This document shows, in pieces, positions 26,001 through 40,169 of a DNA stretch of 64,000 nt. Below the pieces are notes generated by a model. The model was not told the origin of the DNA. It did not search any database and was given only the letters and a program-made list of their open reading frames with translations. The DNA comes from Thalia democratica. Its lineage: Eukaryota. The stretch lies in the NCBI GenBank assembly GCA_965202585.1, contig OZ241826.1, positions 80,104,001 to 80,168,000 on the forward strand, given 5' to 3'. The stretch's first letter is position 1, and every line of letters begins with the position of its first letter. A program made the position numbers and the translations under genes.

Positions 26001-26650
26001 AACTTAATGTAATTTAGTAACATTAAGTTAAGTAAAGACTAAAGAAAAATTACTTAAATACTATTTGTTTCAAAAATTTATAAGAAACATAAAAAAATAA
26101 AACAATACAAAGAAATTTAAAAGAATGCATCAGAAACAATGCATTTAGTAAGTCCTGACAAGCGAGTGAACTATCTAAACAATAAAAAAAAAACTCTCGA
26201 AAATTTAACAGCCGAATATCGACGAGCAAATGAGCTAATTTCAACTCATCAATAAAACAGCCAGCAATTTTCTACAATTAAATTTATTTCCCCCATTTCA
26301 AAGAGATACTATAACAATGAAATCTCGAATATTCTTTCCTAGTTTAACAATTGAAAAGAGACAGCAGCTTGCAAGTGAACGAAACGAAGGGATAATCTTA
26401 GCGAGAAAAGAAGCAGCGAAATTAGGTGAAGGCAAATTATATGTGAATGTTGGGCATCGACTTGGTATTGAACTCATTTCAGTTTTTCTTCTAAGCAAAA
26501 GTTCCTTATGCCGTTAATCAGAGAGGCAGCGAGTTAGCAGCTGATTTTTGCTGGCAGCGGCGGTTTACTGTTGGCACGATCAACATAAGAAGCTCTCAGG
26601 TGCATTTCTCACACGTTAGTAACCTTCAACACACACGTCTTTCAAACTTT
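20370..26650. repeat. Left inner arm of inverted duplication (pairs with about 40870-46500)
   Basis: Collinear inverted matches 20400/46450, 21910/45420, 22300/45000, 22950/43550, 23400/43050, 25250/42100, 25620/41950, 25470 and 26230/41290, 26300-26650/40870-41170. Confidence 0.75.
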
Positions 26651-29600
26651 TCTGATTTGCTTCTTTTCACCGAAAAAAAATATATATTGCTTTTGAGTTT
26701 TCTTTTCACCTTTCATTACATCTAAAAGGTAAAAATCGAAACTAAAAGAAAACAAATTAAGTGCTAATAAGTCACTTTTAAATATTTATTTTTTGATAAT
26801 ATAGGTACAAATTTATTTAAAACACATTTTTACATAAGTTTAAGAAACTGGTTTAAAGTAAAAAACTACAACTAAAAACTAACCATACGCTTCAACAACT
26901 TCCAGGGCGAAACCTACTGATAAGAAGAAAATTAGACATTTTTAGACAGCATAAAGTCATTAGCGTCTTAAAATTAACTTGTTATGACGAGCGCACGACG
27001 TCAGTTGTTTTGTCACTTGTTGAACTTTAAAACGTAATAAAATTCACTGTTAACTTTTGCGTTTTAATTATCAACTTAAGTCTAAATAAAGTCGGTTTTT
27101 TCCACTTTTGCTATCAAAAACCGAATTCTCTTTTCAACAAGCTGCCTCTCATCGCTGCCGAGACTTTTCCAACTTTCTTATGATAAAGTAGAAACAAGTG
27201 TTGCGATCTAAGATTGCACATCAAGAGTTTAGAAATTTTTTGAGTGAAGGCTGTTTCGTAACAATATAAATTTTTCGATGTTTGGTTTGAAATAAGTTTT
27301 TTTGGTTTTCTTTACAATTTGAAATCTTCATGTTTCGTGCAGGGAAATTAGTCTTAAATGTTATTAATTAAGTCTTAAAAGACAATTGTCTTTACTAAAT
27401 AGTTGTTGAGCATTTAATAATTTATATTTATTTACTTTACTAAATAGCATAGATTAATAAGCATTTTTATTAGCTTTCACACAAAAAAAAATCATATTAA
27501 AATCAATCTTAATAAAAAAGTTTAAGCTTAATAAACATAAATGTAGAATAAATAACCATTAAGTTTTATTTAACTTTAGATAGCTAATTTCATTTATTTA
27601 TTTTCTTAAGTTCTGAAAGCTACTTTTTCTGAAACGTTTAGAAATAGCTATAATAATTGTTTACTACTTTACCATTCTCAAAAAAAAATATAGTTTTTTT
27701 GTTTAAATAACTCAAAACAACATTATATTAATCATATTTAGATCAACTATTATATTTTAAATTTACTCTAGTTTTTATTATTTAAAACAAACTAGGTATA
27801 AATACTAAGTGTCGAACTAATCATATTAGATATAAAACTCATTTATAATTTTTAAGTCTTATTTCCCTACATTTTTATATATTACTTGTTTGATGTTAAG
27901 AAATCTTTAAAATCTTTACTGTTTTAAAATACTTTTAAGAAAACCAAGTGTAAAAATTTCTGTACATAATTTAAACTTGACGTTTCCTTTAAATGCATTA
28001 CAACAAAGTTATTTTTTTAATAAATACTACATTCTAAATACAATATATTTTAACAACAAACATTCATCATACACATTTTGATAAAAACAATTTTATTAAA
28101 AGAAACTTTCTATTTAAATGTAAAACTTATACACTGAAACGGTAAAAAAATACTCGTTTTTATAAATATAAAGCAGTTAATCCTACGTGATGTACAAAAT
28201 TTAAAGAATGGCACTTAAAAACACCTAAAAACAAAAATAAACCTGCATACTCTATTGTTCCTACTTTTGAAGTGAGAGGCAATATAATGCAGATTTTTTT
28301 TTTATTTTTGACGATTTTGACGATCGTGACTCAAATTGCGATCATTTAAATCGTACAAGTTGAATTGTAACTATCGGAGTTTTAACTGTTACAATTTCAA
28401 CAGTCGGAAATTGATATTTTGACATTTTTACTTTCTAACATAAACTAGTACTTTACATACACTGTTGGAAAACACCTAATACTAGTTAGCCGTTGACCGC
28501 AGAAAAACGCAACGGGAATAAACTGTCAGGAATTTCCTATCAAGCACGAAATGTATAGGAACTTTCCTTTAGATAAACTTTTAAATTCCTTTAGGGTTAA
28601 GACTAATATTTGTTTTAGCCGATTTTTTGCTATTTTTTTCAATTTTTCTTCTGTTTGTAAAATCGCTAAGCAAAATTAAGACTCAATAAAACCACTGTTT
28701 CAGATACAGCGCGCTCAAACAATAATTGGCCTCATAGCAGGTATTTATAGAGTTTTGCTTGAATAGAGGGCCTTTGGCAGATCGAATTATGATTCCCATA
28801 CGAATTACGGTTGCAATAGCACATTTTAGTTCTAAGGTATTTCTATGTTGCCTGCATTAATACACAGAACGCAGCTAGGTTTTGTTTGAGTTAGTGGCTA
28901 TAGAAAATACTGCTAAACTCTTCATTAATTAATTTTCTTTTAATTTAGCCTAAGTATTTGTTTTTATACAATTAAAACGTTATAGGTTTTTTACAAACAA
29001 CTACTTTGTTGAGAATTTCCTTTTTTTTTTATCTTTTTGTTATTAATACATACTGAATTGGTACTTTTGAACTGTTTCAAAGCCTTTGTTGTTTTAATAA
29101 AACTTGACATAAACTGTTTCGTTTTTTTTTTAATATAACTTTAGCTTTCCTATGTAAACAGCGCAGGTATGTTTAAAACTTTTATAACTTGAGTTTAATG
29201 TTTCGTCGTTTAAGTAAATGTATTTCAAGTTTTCATATATCTTTTATTTTACCGGAAAAAAAGTCAGAAAACTATTTTTTACATAATATATAATCTTAAT
29301 TTATTTTCTTTTTGAATTTATTATACGTTTCTTTGAAAATAAAATTCTATAAGCTTCATAGATGTTTAGTTGTTTTGATTTAGCTTTGAATTCTTACATA
29401 AATATACCAACGGCTATTTAAAAAAAAAATATATCAAAATTGCGAAACCTTACATTTTTTTACTAATATTAATGTATCTTAATAAAAACGCTTTAGATTT
29501 AAAAACATGTTTTTCTAAAAAAATTTTATCGTTATGTCTATCCAAAGCATTAATTGAACAAAAGTTTCAAGTCAATGTTTAAAACAACTTTCATTTTAAT

Positions 29601-30359
29601 TTAAACATTTTATATAAAATAAACTTTTTTTATACCTTGATTTTATTTTTTTTAAGTGGTATAATTGGTATGCTAGTAATCATATGTCTTAAAAGTTTCT
29701 TTTAATTAAAACGAAAATTGTTTTTTTTGTTGATTAGGAACTATAAGTAGTTACAAACAATATAAACATTTATTTTATATTTTTAAAGTTGATCATTAAC
29801 AATTAATAAAAATTAAAAGTTAAACTTGCTGTAAGCATTTTTATTTAATTAAAAATGAAAATATAACTGGTATAAAAAACAGAAATGCACTAATTATTCA
29901 ATTTTAAAAGGTATTGAATAACACAAAACAGTTTTATTTAAAGTCTTGTTTGGATTAGAAGTCTTCATTTTTAACTAGTCAAACTAGTGAAAAGGCGAGT
30001 GAATAAAAAGCAGCAAAACAGAAAAATAATACATGTACTTTATTATAAAAAAAAAAACAGTTACTGATAGTAATTTTAGCTATCTTTAGAAAACTAAGAT
30101 ATTTTTTAGCTACCATTCAAAAAGTACTAGACTTCACCACAAGACCATTATCAAAAAGCAATGTTATCAAATTTCGGACCTGGTCGCGTTAATAAAAGTA
30201 GTCGTGTGATCCAGTCTATTAATCATTATTAACTTTAGAAACAGGACTAAGTCACAAATCAAGCTTAAGTGCTTGTTAAGAGCTGAATCAAAGTAAGCGC
30301 GCACGTAGCAAAACAGTTCAACAACACAACAAAAAGTAGTTCAGTTTTAATCTCGGGTT

Positions 30360-33300
30360 TTACCCTAAATTGTTAAATAATGAAGAAGGTGAATGGTGAT
30401 CTTCGAGGATGAAGAAGTACGACCCCAAGTGGTGGTGAACGGAGGAAATAAGGGTGTGAGCGTGACCCAGTTTCATTTGCAGCATGCTCAAGCACGAGTC
30501 CTCACGAATGAGGGGCAGGGATTTTCCGTTGATGCCGTTGTCAAGGAATATCTGTTGTCATGGTTAATATTAAAAATTTTGTAGTTTTAAATAAAATTGA
30601 ACATTTTTTTTATGTATAACATGATTATTAAGTGATAAAATAGTTTTTCATATGGTTAAAAAGTATCTTAATAAGATGGTGAATTCGGAGTTTTAAAATT
30701 TTTACTTGTTTATATTGTCCCAAATTGATCTTATCTAAATACTTGCCGACTCTTTCACAACTCCATTTACTCATTTCATCGGATTTTTTTAATATCTTAT
30801 TCATATTAACTCTGTCAGTGAACTTGAGAGTCCTTTCTTCTATTATCTCTTGGAATGTCGAAGCAGCTTTTACTGGGTTTTGGCAAGGATGTTTGACAAC
30901 TTGTTGTTTGAATGAATATAGGTTGTTTGAACAGATAGTAACTGAATCCGAAAAACTGTTTGTTTTTCAAAAAGTAACTGGTTGACATACACCTTATATA
31001 CTTTTAATTATGATCAGTTTAGTAAAACTCACAAGTTGTTCAGTGAATGAAAAAATCTTGATTTTTTTGTCAGCTCATTTTGGTTTCTGAAAAGTTGAAA
31101 CTACTTATAAAACTAAGTGGTGTATTAATTAAGGTTAGTTTTGGTTTTAGATGATGATTTATATAGATAAGTTTTATGTATACCATAAACATTTTTGTTA
31201 TGAAAGGTATTAAAATATATGTGAGTTTTATAAGTTTTACCCATACTTTTTTTCAATTGTGTATGTATTACATTATGATTATGGTTTAAACTTACAATGG
31301 AACACTGCTTGATCTTTTTGTACTTTTTTTGGTTGCTAGTTCTTTTAATCTTTTATTTTTGACGTCTTTGCTGTAAAATTTAGACAGTATTTTTTATTAA
31401 ACATCAGTTCAAAAAAGTAGTGATTTAAAAGTTTTTTAATGAAAAACAACTGAACTTTTTCAACTAATTTTATATTAATTTGCAGCAATTTTTTACTTCT
31501 TAATAATTGTTCAAGAACCTTATTATTTGGGGTTTACAACAGTCTGTATCCATTAGGTGTTTCAAAGATTTTTTCTGGTTGAATTCAACAGAATACCGTT
31601 TTTCTGATTGGCTGACATCTTCTTCTATTTGAGACTTGCAATTTATTTTAACATTTTCAAGTAAATTTGGCGCTAATTGTCCGAATGCAGCTGCTATGTT
31701 CTTTACAAGATTCGACTGATCCAGCATCAATCTATAAATAAGTTAAAAATGTAAATAATTTAATACAATTTGATTTAATATACTCAATCACACTGTTTAA
31801 TAGTTTTAGTAAAGAAAATTGTTAAAAATTTAACATCGCGTGTTATTGTATTAGTAGCTTATTTTTTAACACATTACAACACTATTTTTTAAACAATATG
31901 ATACAACAATGTTTTTCAGTACTACTTTATAAATGACATAATGACTTAAATTTATGTTTTTTTGATAAAAATTTTTTTTGTTCTAAATTATATAAAACAA
32001 ATTGATACAGTAGAACACTATAAAAACTTTTTAAATATTTAAACTTGTTAAACTTAAAGATGTTTTAACTTTTTGATAAATGTTTCTTTTTAAGTTTTGT
32101 TACACTAGCTTTATTTTCTTGTAGAACGTTTTAGGTTATGTTAACTAGAAACTATTACAAGTCAATAATCAAACAAAACTCTTACACAAACAAACTTACA
32201 AAAAATAAATTCTGTGCGAGAATATTTTGATTTTACTCAATATATTTTAACAATATATTTAAAAATAAACGACGTCAACGATTTAAATGTAAATTTAAAA
32301 GCTCAAACGTTGACGGAAGTATTTAGTTTGAACAATTATTGTTTAATATTTAAAAGGTCGGCTTTGAATAATTATACAATATATAAAGTAAAAGTAATAG
32401 TATTACTTACGTGTTCTATTCAGAGGTGACTGAATTTTCATCTAAATTCGACATATATTCTGTAAATGATTGAATTTTACAATAATTTTAAAACACCAAA
32501 TATCGAATCATAGATTTAATATAGGCAGTATTAGTTTCGGCCATCATCAACAAAGTTGTGATGTTTTATGCCATCGATAATAAACAATAAATTATATTGT
32601 TCATCGTTATTATAGATTTAATTAAGGAAATATTTGAATATTTTAAAGCAAAAAATTAACACTAGTCACAAATTGTTCTTGATGATATAAAAAGTATCGT
32701 ATAACGTTCTTTCTAGGTTTTAGGATTTCGTTTGTTTAAACTTTAACACTAACCGTTTTTAGGACTTGACTTCTTTTTAGCTGCTGGATACCCTTCAACA
32801 AGATCAATTTTTGACACCATCTGTAACATTTAAATTGGTATAAGAATTTTAGTTTTTTTACGTTATTAAGTATGCTAAATTCCTACCTGATATTTACCAA
32901 TGCCTTGGTCAGTATCGGTGTTTGGTCTTTTGCGTGGAAATTCATTTTTTACAGAAGAATTCTGAACTTTTTCATAATTTTTTGCGGGGTTTAACGGTGA
33001 AAAATTTCGCTGCAAATCGATTTTGACTGCGTTTTGAGAAGCTCTGAAATATTAGTTTAAATTATTAAGTAAAAATTGGTAAAGTAAACATTGATTTTTA
33101 AAGTTTCTTTTAAACTTAAGAAATATAATGGCTTTATTTTTATAAAGTTAAATAAAAATTAACTAACTTATTTGTTGATGGTCGGACACAAGTGAAAGCA
33201 GAGTTTGTATTAGCTGTTGAGTTTTGTATTGACAAAGGGGAATTTTCTTGGGTGAAACCCATCACGGGTGACGGGGACATGTTGAAGTTGCTTGGCAACG

Positions 33301-36300
33301 AAACCAACGATTGCAAGGTAGCTACTTCATCTTGGTTTTGGTTGTTGAGGGTAGAAGGAAATATGTGGCTTATTTTATTCCTTTCTTCAGTAGATTTACC
33401 CTGATTTAAATTTAAATTTTTATATATTTAGTATTTTCTATAAAAACATTTTTTTAATAATTCAAAGCAACATTAAAAATAATATTGAACTAAGTAAAGT
33501 GCATGTAAATATTTAGCTAAAGTTACCTGAAAGATTTTTTTATAGTAAAACAAAAATTACTTTCTGTGCGTTACATATCATAAAAGTTTTATTCTTAACA
33601 TTAAATGATGAACCTTTTCAAATAAGGTTTATCAAAAACTTACAGAATCAGTAGACAAAGCAGAGTTTTGGAGACACCATTCACATTTACACTCGTTCTG
33701 ATGATAAATGATCACCGATTTTGACATGAGAGCTTTCAGGCTTTTTCCGTGATGTCTGATGCTCCTCTTCCAATCCTTGGCAGTCTCCCTCCCGCTTATC
33801 GCTTGGAACTCGTTGGGGTGCATCCAGCTTTGCTTGACCCCCGTTTGATATAATATCGATTTACCTGACGCATTAACAAATTTTTAGGACTAATAATTTT
33901 TAAGGCATAATTTTTGTACTTTAAAAAAACTCTAAGAAGGATTTTTAGCTTTGATTTTGTGTCTTTAAAAACCTACAGGTCTGCTCTATAGATCTTATTA
34001 AAACCATTTATCTACAAAACTGAATTGAAAAATAAGTTTGGTAAAGTTTATAAGATAAATATAACGTTAAAGACAAACAATTAAGAACCTAGTAAAAACC
34101 AAAAGCTTTCAGTACAGTTGTTCTAAAAATTTAGGCAAAAGCCGAAAGATTGTCGGTTAATAAATTAAAGGAAAAGCGTCGTTGTGTGCGTTTCTAAGTT
34201 TCAAATCTGCGCCAATGTTGCCTTTTTTGTTAAAACATCATAAATCAACCAACGTAAATGTTGTGAACGCATGAGTTGTTTAAAACGTTTTGTCGCCTGA
34301 GAAGTTAAAGTAGCACCGAAATTTCTGAAAAAAACTTTTAAATCTGTTTTCAACTAAATGCTTATATACAGTGTGAAAATACGCTTTTAGCTAAAACTAA
34401 AATGAGATTGTTACAATTTGTTGTACTTGTTTGAAAAGAAACAAAATAATAAATCAAAAAATAAAAAATAAAATAAAATATTTATTAGTCCTGTTATAAA
34501 CGTAAATACTAAATACAAAAACTTATAACTTTGGTATAAAAGAACATCTAAAACTCTTATAGGTTTTTTAATCAAAAAGAATAATTTTTAGAACTAACCT
34601 CTGCTACCCTGGCTAAGTTTTGCGATGTAGAGGAGGGCATTGTTGTCGCCGCAAGTCACCTCCAAAAACTCCTCTCCTCCTTCGTCCTTCTTCACTTCCA
34701 CCTCTGAGCTGCTCACGTGACCTTTCGGCAGGTTCACCGTCCACCTGCAACCCTCCGTTGCCACGTGGTGATGGCTGGTTGCCCCTGACAACCAACCGGG
34801 AAGCTTCAGTTTGCTTGGAGTTTTGCCTGTCACGTGATTAAGTTTTAGATTTCAATAGTTTGTTTGGTTTTTTTAAAGCATTAAAGCATTTAAGCATTTT
34901 AAAGCATTTAAAAAGTATTAAAAGTAAATATAATTTTGTGATTTCGACCGTTGATATAGGCAAGAATAACAACGAATATAATATTATTACTCTTACAATG
35001 TAAAAGGTGGGAAATTATAATTTTATTATGAACAAGTTTACATAAATACTAATACTTTACTTTTATTAAACTTTTAGAAAAGATTCTAGGAATAACAAAA
35101 TTATTAGTTGTTCTGAGTCTTCGAATAGGTTCAACTTAAATTATTTGTAAAAAATATTCTGTGTTTAAAAAAGTCTTGTTTCTTAATTTTTGTATAAAAA
35201 ATAAGTTTAAAATTTTTTACTTCATTAACTTGTGTTTTGTGCATATAAATAAGTCAGAAAATTACTTGTGCGAAGTAAATAAAAGTGTTACAATCTAAAC
35301 AAGGTAAAAACAACATAACTTAAAAAGTAAACCTTTTTGAATAATATAAATTAACTATCGCATAAAATAAAAATAAAAATCACTAGACTAAAATAAATTT
35401 AACCTAAAAAGTTAAATAAAATGATAAAATTAAAAAAGAAGTTGTCGCATATACGCAGCTTCATATTTTGATTTTTGGACCGAAACAATTTAAACTAATT
35501 CATTTGAGCCATAAAATAAAAATGTAACAATTTAGTTCTCGAAGTTTAAGTTTTCATTGTGTAACTTTAGTGATTAGAAATTTCGTAACTTAAGTTTTTA
35601 AAAACTAAATTATAATAATTGAGTTTTCATAGTCTGAATTGCCTTGAAACTATATTTTCAAAACAAACACTTCATAATTATTGTTGTTTACAAAAATTAA
35701 AACTGTTTATTGACAAACCTTTTTGTCGACAGTCAATTTTTTACTCAACACAAGTTTTTCAATAAAACTTGAATTTGAAGTTTAATTTGTTAAGTCAAAA
35801 TAGCACACGCTAAAATCAATTTCAAAATTGAATAGTAAGAAAGCTCGTCAATCGATGAATTAGACACGCAGCCAATGTAGATCTTAAGCAACGCTTCTAT
35901 CGACAAAAGTTGCCATTGGCAACAGCAACGCAGGAGAGACAGCAGCTAAGCCGTAAATCTCCGTTACGGCAGTTGGACTAAGTAACGATAATCAAAAGTT
36001 ACACAGCCATGGCAGCGATAATTACTATTGTCGCTGGTGACAGCTTTAAACAGCAAGTCTTAAAAAACTTTAGTGTGGCTTAAAGCCTTGTTTATGTTTT
36101 ACTGCTGCTAGTAAACAAACAAAATAGAATGTTTGCGGTTTCAACCCGCAAGTTGTTAACAGTCATCGATTTTTTTGTTTGCAAATTAACTACTTTGCGT
36201 GCCTATCGCTCGCTATATGCCCGCACATCAGACAACGTTTTTTGGTGACGTCATAATCATATGTGTCTCAAGCAATTGCTTGTCACATACTCAAGTTTAC

Positions 36301-39300
36301 TTCCAGTATTTTTTATCGCGACTATGAATTTTTTTTTACATATTTCTGAACAAAAACAGGTACTCTTTACAAAAAACATAAGCATGTTTTTTTTTTACTT
36401 ACGTAGTTGTCAACCTGTCTGGGTTATGTTAACTTCTAAACTAAAATCTGCAAGGAAAAATACATAAACTTTATTGGTAAAGATTTTTAGATTTCTGTCT
36501 TAACGATTAAATAAAAAAGAAAAAACATGTTTTGAAATAATAAGTTGCGCAAGCCGTTAAGCTATTGTAGAAGAAAAATTACTTCGTTTTTAATCAATAC
36601 CAATAATGTTCATTTAAGTAGTCATTTAATCATTTAGTTAATTTACCACTTTTCTACCAAACTGATTAATAACAAAGCACAACTTTTATTTTTTTTTACT
36701 GTAAGAGATGTACATAACACAATACAACACTCTTATTAAAACTTACAATAACTTTTAGCCTTTGCGCGGTTTCATCTGACATTTATCTTTCGTTCGTTTC
36801 GATATTTTAAGTTTCTTTCCTTTTTAGCTTAACACACAAAAACCATGGAACTCGGTAGCGAAAAGAAATCTGGTAAAATCGATATTCTTAATCAATTGTT
36901 AAAAGAAACGGCCAACACCGAGCTGAAGCAAAGGGATTTAAAAAGAAAGACAAGAAAGCAAAGTTGTAATCTAAAGCAAAAGTCGCGCTGAGGATCTGCG
37001 AGGATGGCAGCAAGTCCGTCTGTATTGACCCGCACAATCTCCTAGCTCGCGCGAATTCTTTTGTTTGTTTGAAAACCGCAACACAAAACAACCGCAATAT
37101 CAGAAGCCTTCTCGCTGTTTTATATGTATGGCAAACAAAAATTAAGAAGATTATTAATCAAAATCCATTCTGGCAGCGGCATTTTTGCTATACGTTTTTT
37201 TACTGAAAGTCGGGCGATTAGAGAAGGTTGATCAAATAAAAGATCAAAAGTCAAATTGGCAGTTAGTTCTGCAGTTTTTGTCAAACTTTAGCGCTGGATT
37301 GCGCTCGTCTGTGCTAAATTACCTTTTTGTAGAAATTTAAATTACTGTAAACTCGTAACTGAATACACAAATGTCAACGGTGAAATAAGAACGAAAGGCA
37401 AGTTGACAAGTAAAACAAATAGTATAAGTACACTTATACAACCAACAAAGCCCTACTAGAGAAGCTTCGGAAAAAAACTACGACCAATCACTTCACGAAT
37501 GAAAAAAGAGGAGGAAAATTGGGGAAATTTATCACTCGAGTGATCGCCCGTCTGAACTTAAGTGGGGAGTTTCATTCATAAACGAGCATCGCGCGTTGCC
37601 ATGGAAATTGAACGCTTTTTGTTCGATCGGGATATCACTTTTGAAGGGTTAGTAAACAAGAGAAGAGAAATGTTAAACTCTCGTGAGTGCGAAACCAGAT
37701 TATCCTGTTTCAGATGTTGGTCATTTGTTAGAAGTTGAAAAACAGAAAATTATTTAGTCTAAATTTTAAAATTATATTAGTTACATAAAACACCTTTTAT
37801 TTTGTTTTTTCGACTGATAGTTATGATGAAAGTTATTTTAAACATATGTTTGATACTACATTATTACATAATTATTCTAACATTTGTTTTTTAAAATATA
37901 TTCTTTAGCAAATAAAGTCTACCTTCATTCTTTTCTAAACCGTAAAAAAATAATTTATCATCTAACAACTAACCGTTGTTATTGTGGGCTTCCACTTCGT
38001 TGCTACTAGTAACTGGGAGCTGCTGACATCCGTTACCGGAAGCTGGTTGTTTTAGTGACGTCACATTATAGTTTGATTGTTTGCTGATTGGTGATCAGAT
38101 TGTTACTAATAATTTAAAAAGTTCAAAATTTTATTTCTCGAGTTTTTATAAAGTTCTAGATATACTTAACCAAAATATATTTTGTTTTATAATTCCAAAA
38201 AATCTTTACATTTTAGTACCATAATATTATTTTTTACTTTAAAAGTGAATTATTATAAATTTAAAACTGATATTAAGCAGTTAAAAACTAGTGCTATCTT
38301 ATTAAAGTAACTGAATTTTTATTTTAATACTCTTTAATTTGAAATTCAACCGTCAAAAATACTCACGTAGAAAGTGTGCTGTTTTCAAATAGTGGTAAGT
38401 TTGGAAAGTTCATTATACTTTCCTGCTTCTTATTTAAATGTTTTTGATTTATTAGGTTCAATACTTGCAACCTGAAAAACAATGATTTGTATAGTAGTCA
38501 CATGAAACATAAACAAGCAAATACTTGTGTCTACGTTAATTCATTCACACATTATATACGTTTATTCATTTCTATTTAATGAAGACAAAAAAGCAACTGA
38601 AAATGCACAATTAACTCAACTATTCGTCACTAAACTAGGACCGATTAACATTAGATAACATTTTAGAAAAAAAGAATTAATTAAAAAATCAACAAAAATT
38701 TTGATCAATTTATTACTATTTCAAGTTACAAAGGGTGAAAAGTATCTAAAGTTGTAAGGACTGTAATAGTAACGCAATTGTTCATCCTGTTATCTTATCA
38801 CGTGATCAGGTGGTACTCAGGGTAGCACCTGTCAACTATGATCTTTTAATCTTTACAGTTAACAGGTAATTAGCTTCAATGCAGAAAAAAAAATACCATC
38901 GTGCTGTTTATAATGACAGACAGCAGCGGAGTTTATCGAGAAATTTGTAGGTGTGCGGTCAAAGAAATAAAAACACTTCTTTGTAATATAGTTTATAGAA
39001 AGTTTCAGTCATTTAATGACACAAAAGTATTCATTAAAAAGTTCAACACGTAAAATTTCAAGTTTGTTTTCGAAAAAATATTTAGAAAACGTGCAAGTGT
39101 TTTTAAACTCTATATGCAATTTTAATTTCCTAAAAAAGTTTGACATAAAATTTTCGCGCTAATTTAATGAAAGTTTTTTTTTTCAATCTTAAAGTAGTAC
39201 TAAAATGTTTCCAATGAACTAAGATTAAATTTAGCTATTCCGATTAGTATCTTTTTGTTGTTTTACTTTTTATTTAAATAAAATAGACTGTTTTATTATT

Positions 39301-39829
39301 ATATAAAGTAATTTTTTTAATGTTATAAGTTTTCGACTGAACCGTACTTTCAGCCTAACTTTTTTATTATACAACAAAATTTTCTTTTTCAATATTAGTA
39401 TTTATACATTTTTTAAATCTAAATATACAAGAATTTTAAAATAGGGCGAGATAACGCTATAATATTTCCTAAGACTGCAAAAATTAATTGTTATTAAACA
39501 AGATGCAGTTCTTCTCAGCTTATATTTCTAAACAGAAAAAATAAAAATACTCACCAGTTAACTTGATTTGGGCCTCCAAATCGTAGCGGGTCGAGCCCGG
39601 AAATTTCATCACCTTTTTGCTGCTTAGCCCAATTCATTCCACTGAAGTTAAAAGAAGTTTGGGGAAATTTCCAAGGAAACGGGTTGCCAGGCAACATAGC
39701 TGCCGGGTTGTTCAGCATCCACATAATGGCAAGGTCGGGTTGAGAAAAAAGGTCCCCGAACTCGGCACTTGATTGGCTTAAAATTGTCGATAAATTAGGG
39801 AATATACCCGGAATTGCTGAAGAACCCAT
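30360..39829 (-). pseudogene. SAMD11: SAMD11-like copy B, complete 14-exon structure with SAND and SAM but disrupted (pseudogene or SAM-less truncated product)
   Basis: Exons 39829-39555, 38471-38367, 38105(or 38083)-37974, 34826-34599, 33864-33644, 33400-33168, 33043-32887, 32820-32754, 32459-32411, 31731-31519, 31370-31296, 31086-31033, 30955-30706, 30551-30360. The last two encode a SAM domain (WSCERVGKYLDKINLGQYKQ|IFLDNGINGKSLPLIREDSCLSMLQMKLGHAHTL). In-frame TAG at 32418-32416 where copy C has TAC. Exon 3 is out of frame if the homologous acceptor is used. Confidence 0.75.
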
Positions 39830-40169
39830 TGAAATATTTTGTAGTATTTTAAGTTTGTTTAAAAAGAAAATTATATATTTAGTATCTTTAAACTATTTTA
39901 TGTCCAGTTTTTAACTAACCATGTTTTTAAAACAAACTTAAAAATACTAAACCAAGATATTTTTTTTAACTAAAAATATGTTTTATATAAAAACATTTTC
40001 ATATAAGATTTTAAAAAACGCCAATTTTGTAATATGTTATGCGGTCAATTAACTAAAAGTGCTTTGAACATTATATAGAACTTTGTCGTTATTATCATAC
40101 CTAAACTTCCCGATTAGTCAAAACTGAAAACAAAAGCAAAACACACAAAAGCTAATTTAAACCACGTGA

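Noticed and set aside
34875-34915. AAAGCATTT(A) micro-tandem near the B exon-4 acceptor
   Set aside because: Ordinary slippage repeat in AT-rich intron.
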